Positions 7,818 through 14,372 of a stretch of DNA of 32,000 bases are shown here, one piece after another. The DNA lies in the NCBI RefSeq assembly GCF_000007185.1, contig NC_003551.1, forward strand, positions 540,001-572,000, in the 5' to 3' direction. The stretch is from Methanopyrus kandleri AV19 (GTDB lineage: Archaea; JAADCQ01; Methanopyri; Methanopyrales; Methanopyraceae). Position 1 is the first letter of the stretch. Every line of letters begins with the position of its first letter. The translations under genes and the position numbers were made by a program. Under the pieces are notes generated by a model that was not told the DNA's origin, searched no databases, and was given only the letters and a program-made list of their open reading frames with translations.

Positions 7818-9116
7818 ATGCTCCTGATAGTCGCGGGACACGATCCCACGGGAGCCGGTCTCAGGGCAGACATAGCGACGGCCGAAGCCCTCGGAGTACC
7901 GGCGGTTTCGCTCCCGACGTTGCTATCGCTCCAGGATGAGGGCGTCGAGCTAGTCGAGCCCGTTGACTCACGGTTCTTATCGGACTGCTTGGCCCGATAC
8001 GTCCCAAGGTGCGAGGTGGTCAAAGTCGGGGCCGTTCCTACTCTGAAAACCTTCGAGATACTGGCGAAACGGCTCCGTGACCTGACGGTAGTGTGGGACC
8101 CCGTGTTCAGAGCCGAGGCCGGAGGGGAGTTATCCGAAGCGACTCCTGAAGAGGCGTTGGAAACGTTTGGGGAAACAGTCGATATCCTCACTCCCAATAC
8201 GGAAGAGCTGAGTCAGCTGGTCGGAAGGGAGGTACGCACCACGGTGGAGGCCGAGCTCGCAGCCCGTGAGCTGGTGGAGGAGTACGGCCTGACGGGTGTC
8301 CTCGTCACGGGGGGACACTCCGTCGACAGACGCGATGTGTGGGTGCCGGCTGAGGGGAACACCATCGCGTGGGAGGTGCCTCCGGGTGAAGGCGCTCACG
8401 GGTCCGGGTGCGTGCTCTCCACGGCTCTCGCGTGCTTCTTGGTCCGCGGGTTGGACCCTGAGACCGCCGTAGAACGAGCCGTTCGGTTCGCGAGAGCGGC
8501 GGTCCGAGAGGCCCGGAACACGCCCTTCGGCCGGGTGGCAGATCCCGTCGCACAAATTCGACGTGACGCGACATTGGGGAAGGCAACGCAGCACGTGATC
8601 CGGGCACTCGAGATCATCGAGTCGGACCCGGCCTTCGCGAGGGCGATCCCACAGGTCGGAATGAACGTGGCGGAGGTCTTCGACCCCTCCCGGGGTCTTG
8701 AAGGTGTTGTGGGACTCTCGGGTCGAATCGTCCTCGACGGTGATAGACCCACCGCGGTCGGTCGCCCGGTTCCGGGGGGCTCCAAGCACGTCGGCACCGT
8801 GGCTTTGACGGCACATCGGCTCGACCCCTCGGTCCGGGCCGCGGTGAACGCCAGGTACGACGAGGAGCTTATCGAGAGGGCCCGCGATCTCGGGTTCGTA
8901 GTGTCTTCGTTCGACCGGTCGGAAGAGCCGGAGGAAGTCGACTCCACGATGGAGTGGGGCACCGAGGTGGCGTTTCGGAGGGCGGACGACACTCCCGACG
9001 TCGTCTACGACGAGGGCGACGTGGGTAAGGAACCGATGATACGCGTGCTCGGAAAGAGTGCCGTGGAGGCCGTGACTAAGCTGAGAATGTTGTTGGGATG
9101 TGTTGTTGGGGTGTAA
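7818..9116 (+). CDS. thiDN: bifunctional HMP/HMP-P kinase and ThiN-type thiamine-phosphate synthase
   Basis: N-terminal ThiD part has VAGHDPTGAGLRADI, LTPNTEEL and GSGCVLSTALA. C-terminal ThiN-like part has IPQVGMNVAE, GLSGRIV and GGSKHVGT. Confidence 0.85.
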   Translation: MLLIVAGHDPTGAGLRADIATAEALGVPAVSLPTLLSLQDEGVELVEPVDSRFLSDCLARYVPRCEVVKVGAVPTLKTFEILAKRLRDLTVVWDPVFRAEAGGELSEATPEEALETFGETVDILTPNTEELSQLVGREVRTTVEAELAARELVEEYGLTGVLVTGGHSVDRRDVWVPAEGNTIAWEVPPGEGAHGSGCVLSTALACFLVRGLDPETAVERAVRFARAAVREARNTPFGRVADPVAQIRRDATLGKATQHVIRALEIIESDPAFARAIPQVGMNVAEVFDPSRGLEGVVGLSGRIVLDGDRPTAVGRPVPGGSKHVGTVALTAHRLDPSVRAAVNARYDEELIERARDLGFVVSSFDRSEEPEEVDSTMEWGTEVAFRRADDTPDVVYDEGDVGKEPMIRVLGKSAVEAVTKLRMLLGCVVGV

Positions 9117-9732
9117 GGGAGTGAGCTCGTTCAAACGACTGCTTTACCTGGACGTGATCTCCCGAAGTCACGCGGATTTCGCCAAGAGGGTGATCAGGAG
9201 GTTAGAGCCCAAGGTCAAGGTGAGGGTGGAGTGTCTCTCGAAGTACGAGCGGGAGGACGACGCGCTGACGTACGACGGTCGGCTCAAGGACGAGGAACCC
9301 TGGAAGGAGTTCTTACGGCGGCTGGGACGTGAGAGTTCCGACACCGTGGTAGCTACCGCGCTGAACGTACCCCCCGACGTGCCGGATATATCTCCGAACC
9401 CGACCGTGGTTATAGGAGTGAACACGGGCGATCATCCCAAGACGTTGGAAGTCGCGGGTCTTGCGGACGTGGTTGTTGTCGGTCGTCGCCTATACTCACC
9501 GAGCACCGGCCCTCGTGAGTTCGGCCGCGTACGCTCGGGGAGGCTCAGGAACGGTACGGTGATCGTGGACGTCGAGGACCTCGGCCTACGGTACGCCAGC
9601 AAGGCGGTACCCGTAATCGCGGTTCTAGTGGCGGAAAACGGTGTTGACGGGTTGATCCGGGATCTCAGGCGTAACCGCGTAAGGACCCTGACGGAGGAAG
9701 TCCTCCGGGATCTATCGCTCTCCCAGGTATAA
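9100..9732 (+). CDS. hypothetical protein
   Basis: ORF with host-like codon usage. GTG 9100 overlaps the thiDN end, and GTG 9121 is an alternative start. No motif recognised. Confidence 0.45.
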   Translation: MLLGCKGVSSFKRLLYLDVISRSHADFAKRVIRRLEPKVKVRVECLSKYEREDDALTYDGRLKDEEPWKEFLRRLGRESSDTVVATALNVPPDVPDISPNPTVVIGVNTGDHPKTLEVAGLADVVVVGRRLYSPSTGPREFGRVRSGRLRNGTVIVDVEDLGLRYASKAVPVIAVLVAENGVDGLIRDLRRNRVRTLTEEVLRDLSLSQV

Positions 9733-9884
9733 GGTGACGCCAATGAAAAACAACACTGACGACACTCATATTGTCCATCCTAAGCCACCCTACCTACCTC
9801 ACACTAACATGAGCTAGTTCAACTCGACATAAGTTCGGACCGACATGATGTGACAGGTTACTACCCATTATCTCACCCGAAAAC

Positions 9885-9893
9885 TATTTATAC
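9885..9893 (+). promoter_or_regulatory. TATA-box-like element upstream of the surface-protein locus
   Basis: tatttatac sits in an AT-rich spacer about 60 nt upstream of ATG 9954. Confidence 0.4.
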
Positions 9894-9953
9894 AAGCAAT
9901 TAGTGGTCCCACGTGAGACAAACACTGGGCCACAAGGTAAACAACATGTCCCC

Positions 9954-10763
9954 ATGGGAGAGACATGCGTGAGCAAAGCGCAAATACTAGTTGTCCTTGC
10001 GATGCTGTCCGTAGGACTACAATCGGTATCAGCGGCACCAATTGAAGGACAGTTCGTCGAGGAGAATGACTACCAGTGGTCGGTTCAGGTGACCCACTGC
10101 GAGCCCACCATCGACATGACCAAGTACCCGGTGATCGTGGGCGAAAAGGCCGTCTATCTGGTGCTGTTAGATGAGAGGGACGTTCAGAAAGGAGGGGGTC
10201 TCTGTGACTACCAGCCGGCCCTGATGCCGGTACCCAAAGATTACGTGGAGATTTCCGGGAACAAGCTGTCGTTCAAAGTCAACCTGGAGGGTCAGAAGCT
10301 CCCGTTCTACTGCATGTACTTGGGTGTAGATTTCCCCGACAAGCTGGTGATGGTGACCATCGAGGAGCTGGCTAAGCACAGCGTGAGGTACGATTGGGGC
10401 TACATTAGCGAGCCGAAACCGCTGACGCTGAGCTTCCTGAGGAAGATCGTCGAGGCGTTCGAGTCCCAAGTCGACAACCCATTCCCGCACAGTGCCTTCA
10501 AGAACGAGGCCGTTTGGAATGCCGTTAGGGACACGCCGTACATCATCAGCGGACCGGTGCACGTGTCGGCCGTCGACTACGGAACTGATTACGTGGAACT
10601 GGAGATCGAGATCCCGGTGAGAACTGATGTCACCGAGTTGACAGGAACGATCGAGGTGAAGTCCGGTGAGAGTACGCAGACTCTGAGCGTAACCGGCTCC
10701 GACGTGGTCAACGGCGTCATCAAGAAGCGCGAGTATCGCAGGCCTCGGATACCGTGGAAGTGA
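9954..10763 (+). CDS. surface-protein fragment 1: signal peptide, unique N-domain, first DYG module
   Basis: MGETCVSKAQILVVLAMLSVGLQSVSAAP is signal-peptide-like. The fragment ends ...RRPRIPWK*, whereas the paralogous module reads RSARIPIIVRV. Confidence 0.6.
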   Translation: MGETCVSKAQILVVLAMLSVGLQSVSAAPIEGQFVEENDYQWSVQVTHCEPTIDMTKYPVIVGEKAVYLVLLDERDVQKGGGLCDYQPALMPVPKDYVEISGNKLSFKVNLEGQKLPFYCMYLGVDFPDKLVMVTIEELAKHSVRYDWGYISEPKPLTLSFLRKIVEAFESQVDNPFPHSAFKNEAVWNAVRDTPYIISGPVHVSAVDYGTDYVELEIEIPVRTDVTELTGTIEVKSGESTQTLSVTGSDVVNGVIKKREYRRPRIPWK

Positions 10764-11515
10764 CCATCCAACTGAGCGGTGTCGTCGAGGGGCAGCAGGT
10801 TACCGACGTTTACCCCGTGACGATCACCGTCCAGCTGGTGAAACTCAACAGCTCGGTCAACATCACCGTGGAGAAGATCACGGAGTCGGAAGCCGTGCTC
10901 CGCGTGGATTACCAGATCAACACGGAGAACTGCAGCGTGAAGTCCGTGGAGGTGAAGCTGCTCAAGGACGGTAACGTCGTGGCGTCCGAAGAGAGGTCGC
11001 AAGCCGAGGGTACGGTGAGGTTCACGGTGAACGAGTCCGGCACGTACCGCGTGGTGATCGAGGCCACGGTGGAGTGGACGACACCGTCAGGTAGACACGA
11101 GGAGAAGCTCACCTTAGCGTCCGAGGACGTGGAGGTAACGCTATCGCGACTCGAGGTAGGTGCTCCCAGCGTGAAGGTATCCGACTACGGCGCCGATTGG
11201 GCGACCCTAGAGATCACGGTACCGGTAACGGCCGTCGGATGTGAGGTGACCGGTGGAAAGGTGGAGGTGATCGAAGCGGGAACCGGACACACGCTCGCCA
11301 CGACCGAAGCGACGGTCGATAACGGAGTCCTGAAGGCTACCGTCAAACTAACCGGTCTGCGGAGCGCCAGGATCCCGATCATCGTCCGTGTGACCGCCGA
11401 GGGTAAGACGCCGACCGGCGACAGCGTAACCGCCACGGCCGAAGCGTCGGTCGAGGTACGGCTGGCGAGCGCGGAGCTCGGAGGAAGTGTCCGAGTAGAG
11501 AGTCCGCGACCCTGA
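10754..11515 (+). CDS. surface-protein fragment 2 (modules B1 and A2)
   Basis: Lacks its own signal peptide. The frame is open from 10670. Its first residues VEVTIQL continue the module interrupted in fragment 1. Confidence 0.55.
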   Translation: MEVTIQLSGVVEGQQVTDVYPVTITVQLVKLNSSVNITVEKITESEAVLRVDYQINTENCSVKSVEVKLLKDGNVVASEERSQAEGTVRFTVNESGTYRVVIEATVEWTTPSGRHEEKLTLASEDVEVTLSRLEVGAPSVKVSDYGADWATLEITVPVTAVGCEVTGGKVEVIEAGTGHTLATTEATVDNGVLKATVKLTGLRSARIPIIVRVTAEGKTPTGDSVTATAEASVEVRLASAELGGSVRVESPRP

Positions 11516-11517
11516 GA

Positions 11518-11976
11518 GTGTGCTACGAGATCCACACGCAGAACTGTACGGTGGAGTCGGTGACGGTCGAGCTGCTCAAGCGTACGGATCAGGGTTGGGT
11601 AGTGGTCGATCGACGCACGCTGAGCGCGACCAGTGACGTCGTCACGTTCCGGGTGTCCGAGGAGGGTCAGTACAAGGTTAGGATCACGGCCCAGTGCACG
11701 CACGGTGTCACGATGACGGCCGAAACCGAACCGGTGACCGTGCAGTTCCTGCCGAAGGTCGAGATCAGTGGATTCAAGGTGGTCGAAACGGACTACGGTC
11801 CGGACTGGGTAGAGCTTCGGATAACAGCTGACGTCCACGTGGAGCGGGCTGAGAAGGTGAGTGGACTAGTGGTCGTCGAGGACGCTAAGGGCAACGTACT
11901 AGGTAAGTTCCCGGTCGAGATAAGCGACCACATGGATGTTAAAGTGCGTCTCGAAGGGCTAGAAAACGTATCATGA
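11518..11976 (+). CDS. surface-protein fragment 3 (modules B2 and A3)
   Basis: The frame is open from 11500. ESATLRVCYEIHTQNCTVESVTVELL aligns with ESEAVLRVDYQINTENCSVKSVEVKLL of fragment 2, so the annotated GTG start is inside a domain. Confidence 0.55.
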   Translation: MCYEIHTQNCTVESVTVELLKRTDQGWVVVDRRTLSATSDVVTFRVSEEGQYKVRITAQCTHGVTMTAETEPVTVQFLPKVEISGFKVVETDYGPDWVELRITADVHVERAEKVSGLVVVEDAKGNVLGKFPVEISDHMDVKVRLEGLENVS

Positions 11977-12042
11977 GAGCTTCCAGTAGTCGTCAAGCTT
12001 CGGATCGAAGCTAGTAACAACTCAGGTAAGAGCTGCGGTGAA

Positions 12043-12624
12043 GTGTCGGTTAAAACATCACTGAAACTCGAGCAAACAACCACTGAGTCTAGCACAGAAA
12101 CATCCTACGAACAGGAGACATCATCGACAACTGGAGGTACTACAACTGGAGGTGCTGAGACATCCTCAGGATCGTCGGTGGAGAGTCACACAGAAGCTAG
12201 TGAATCGAGTGGAGAGAACAACGGTGGAGAAGCTGAGACTGAGACGGGTACGGTGACGACGACCCCAGCCCAGATCAAGGACCTCAAAGCCGTTGTGGAG
12301 AAGGTGAAGCCTGGACAGGTAATAATTGATGTCAGCGGTCGGGTTGAAGTGAAGCACTGTCGGTCTGAGATAATACTAGTGGTGATCTACAACGGTAAGG
12401 TGATCAAACGAATCACCGTCAAACTATCGAATGGTACTTTCAAGGAGAAGATTGAAGTCACGGGGATTCCATTGGTTGATCCAGGGCAGCTAACCGTTAA
12501 ACTCGAGGTGAAGGTATCCACTAAAATCGTGGCTTCCAGGGACATTAAAGTGGACATTCCGAGACCAGTGGGAGTAACAGTGGTGCCTGCGAAGGGTAAG
12601 AAATACACGGTTATCGTATATTAG
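12043..12624 (+). CDS. surface-protein fragment 4: S/T/E/G-rich linker plus beta-rich domain
   Basis: Same frame as fragment 3, with only TGA 11974 between them. The low-complexity stretch TTTESSTETSYEQETSSTTGGTTTGGAETSSGSS is visibly lower in GC. Confidence 0.55.
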   Translation: MSVKTSLKLEQTTTESSTETSYEQETSSTTGGTTTGGAETSSGSSVESHTEASESSGENNGGEAETETGTVTTTPAQIKDLKAVVEKVKPGQVIIDVSGRVEVKHCRSEIILVVIYNGKVIKRITVKLSNGTFKEKIEVTGIPLVDPGQLTVKLEVKVSTKIVASRDIKVDIPRPVGVTVVPAKGKKYTVIVY

Positions 12625-12633
12625 GACGGATCA

Positions 12634-12933
12634 GTGTACGTAGTTGATGAGCAAAATAGAGTTGTGGACAGTGTCGTACTGTCGAAGAAGGTGAAGCGGA
12701 TCGTAGAGGTACGCGGTGACCAGCTGGTAATCGAGACTCAGACCGGAGAACGGTGCATCCTCAAGGTCGACGAGAGAGGTGAACTTAGGCCTGTCAAATT
12801 CTTGGTGATCAAGTCGGGGAGCTACGAAGTATCAGTGGCCGGTAGTGCTAAGGCTAAGGCCAAGGCCCGCGCCACGCCGCTGATCCTGATACTACCGATC
12901 CTGCTCAGGCTAGTCAGGAGGAGCACGGCCTGA
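12634..12933 (+). CDS. surface-protein fragment 5 with C-terminal membrane anchor
   Basis: Same frame as fragment 4, separated only by TAG 12622-12624 and three sense codons. It ends AKAKAKARATPLILILPILLRLVRRSTA (hydrophobic helix plus basic tail). Confidence 0.55.
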   Translation: MYVVDEQNRVVDSVVLSKKVKRIVEVRGDQLVIETQTGERCILKVDERGELRPVKFLVIKSGSYEVSVAGSAKAKAKARATPLILILPILLRLVRRSTA

Positions 12934-12937
12934 GGCG

Positions 12938-12963
12938 TTTTTCGACGCCCTCCGTCATTTTTT
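12938..12963 (+). terminator. oligo-T terminator candidates after the surface locus
   Basis: A T5 run (12938-12942) and a T6 run (12958-12963) lie directly after the stop at 12933, flanking an imperfect GAGGCGT/ACGCCCTC hairpin. Archaeal termination uses T-tracts. Confidence 0.45.
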
Positions 12964-13008
12964 GGATCGCTTATGTCCGGCGCACGCCCACAGGTTCTTC
13001 CACCTCCA

Positions 13009-13035
13009 GAAACGTTATTCGTACCGTAACGTTTC
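13009..13035. promoter_or_regulatory. AT-rich perfect hairpin element (GAAACGTTA-N9-TAACGTTTC)
   Basis: 9-bp perfect inverted repeat between the surface locus and the methyltransferase gene. Same AAnCGTTAT...TAACGTT core as the tRNA trailer hairpins. Confidence 0.45.
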
Positions 13036-13053
13036 ACGGCGCAGGGATGCCGC

Positions 13054-13923
13054 TTGCGCCGGTATAGGATCCGTCCCACGGATTTCGTTGCTGTTGTGTC
13101 TCATTTCGAAGCGAGAGAATTACTGCGCGCCGTGAGGAAGGGTGGAGAGATTGAGATCCAGCTAGATCTAGGCCTACACTCCGGGAAAGCCCGAATTAAC
13201 GGTGATACCGTCGTTATTGAGGGTGTGGAGCTAACACGGGACGAACTGGAATCTATGACGGGATGGAAAGGCGCTTACGGACTGACTACCGATAATGTCT
13301 ACAGGATCGAGATTCGGGCTGAGCACTACTACAAGCTCCTGCCGGTAAGACCCGGCGAAGCACCGACAATCGAGATTGACGGCATCAGGATGCACCGTAC
13401 GAAGTGGACGGATCCCTGGACTGATGCCGGCGTCAAGGTGGGTAAGGTCGGGGTGTCCGAGGGAGATCGTGTCCTCGACGTATGCACGGGCCTGGGCTAC
13501 ACCGCGCTGCGGGCAGTTGAGCGTGGTGCGGAGGTAATCTCCGTCGAGAAGGACCGGAACGTCCTCGAAATCGCCGGTGCGAACCCTTGGTCGCGAGGGT
13601 TGGAGGAAGTGGAGATCCTGTTGGGGCCCGCGGAGGAAGTGGTTCCATCCCTCGACGACGAATTCGACGCTATTGTCCATGATCCTCCCAGACTCGCGAG
13701 AGCCGGGGAATTGTACTCCGAGAATTTTTATCGGGAGTTACTGCGGCTCCTGCGGCCCGGCGGTCGGCTCGTCCATTACGTCGGAGCTCCGGGGAGCCGG
13801 TATCGAGGAAAGGATGTGCTCGCAGGGGTGTCCAGGCGTCTCACACGCGTAGGGTTCGAGGTGGTGGACGTGGACCGAAGGTGGGGGTTGGTTACAGCTG
13901 AGAAACCCAGCGCTCGAGTGTAG
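13054..13923 (+). CDS. SAM-dependent methyltransferase (archaeal COG2521-like)
   Basis: Motif I is VLDVCTGLGYTA, and a DPPR motif (VHDPPRLA) plus LRPGGRLVHYVG follow. The substrate is unknown. Confidence 0.7.
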   Translation: MRRYRIRPTDFVAVVSHFEARELLRAVRKGGEIEIQLDLGLHSGKARINGDTVVIEGVELTRDELESMTGWKGAYGLTTDNVYRIEIRAEHYYKLLPVRPGEAPTIEIDGIRMHRTKWTDPWTDAGVKVGKVGVSEGDRVLDVCTGLGYTALRAVERGAEVISVEKDRNVLEIAGANPWSRGLEEVEILLGPAEEVVPSLDDEFDAIVHDPPRLARAGELYSENFYRELLRLLRPGGRLVHYVGAPGSRYRGKDVLAGVSRRLTRVGFEVVDVDRRWGLVTAEKPSARV

Positions 13924-14356
13924 GGGTGGGTAAGAACGTCCCACCACCGACCCGTCTGACGGCTTCCGCCGTCTCGGCGATCCCTGCGCGGAATAGGTGG
14001 GTTTCACAGTGGCAATCTGAGCATCCGAATCCTCGAATCCCGGGTACCATATCCGCCAGTGCCGCCGCTAGCTCGCATTCACGGTCGCCTTCCATTATCC
14101 AAGCGCCCTCGACCTCAGGTCGTACCTGGGAAAGCAGGTGATCGATATGCCAGTGGGGTCGCTCCGTTCCCTCCCGAGCCGATTTTAAGTGACGCCCGAG
14201 GCGACCCCTGAGCCCGGAAGACCCTTGCCCCATGCCCGATCCGACGTAGGTCCAGCTCCCGGCCTCCACGATCACGTCTCCCAAGCTTCCTACGTTCACC
14301 TTGACACGTCTGTTCACGCGGAAGACGAGAGCGTACGAGCCATGATCCGGTAGCAC
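13892..14356 (-). CDS. GIY-YIG/Uri-superfamily endonuclease-like protein (DUF123-type)
   Basis: Contains GSYALVFRV, YVGSGMG, LRGRLGRHL, HWHIDHLL and FGCSDCHCETHLF. I prefer GTG 14356 because the track start 14437 would overlap the divergent membrane-protein gene. Confidence 0.65.
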   Translation of the reverse strand: MLPDHGSYALVFRVNRRVKVNVGSLGDVIVEAGSWTYVGSGMGQGSSGLRGRLGRHLKSAREGTERPHWHIDHLLSQVRPEVEGAWIMEGDRECELAAALADMVPGIRGFGCSDCHCETHLFRAGIAETAEAVRRVGGGTFLPTPTLERWVSQL

Positions 14357-14372
14357 GGGGGAGTACCCCCAG

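Larger units (their letters stand above)
10557..12090 (+). repeat. alternating protein-coding modules A-B-A-B-A (A is the 'DYG.DW..LEI' module, B is the 'N/QNC.V.SV.V.LL' module)
   Basis: A copies are VSAVDYGTDYVELEIEIPV, VKVSDYGADWATLEITVPV and VVETDYGPDWVELRITADV. B copies are described under fragments 2 and 3. Module borders are approximate. Confidence 0.6.
9954..12933 (+). pseudogene. fragmented gene for a large secreted or anchored surface protein (five consecutive ORFs)
   Basis: A signal peptide occurs only on the first ORF and a C-terminal hydrophobic anchor only on the last. Repeat-module homology continues across every ORF boundary. The breaks are -1 shifts at ~10754 and ~11500, TGA 11974-11976 and TAG 12622-12624. 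Confidence 0.5.

Noticed and set aside
9745-9880. G-poor, C/A-rich strand-asymmetric leader upstream of the surface locus, with ATGATGT and CTGA strings suggesting a C/D-box sRNA
   Set aside because: The box order and spacing do not fit a C/D sRNA (no terminal CTGA after the C-like box, no terminal stem). It is more simply promoter or 5'-UTR DNA.
11974-11976. In-frame TGA as a selenocysteine codon
   Set aside because: There is no Cys/Sec redox motif around it (ENVS-U-ELPV). It sits in a linker of a structural repeat protein that also has two frameshifts and a TAG. I could not identify a SECIS-like hairpin by eye. It is kept only as a low-probability alternative in the findings.
12622-12624. 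In-frame TAG as pyrrolysine
   Set aside because: No pyl genes or methylamine methyltransferase context are visible, and the inferred lineage is not known to use Pyl.
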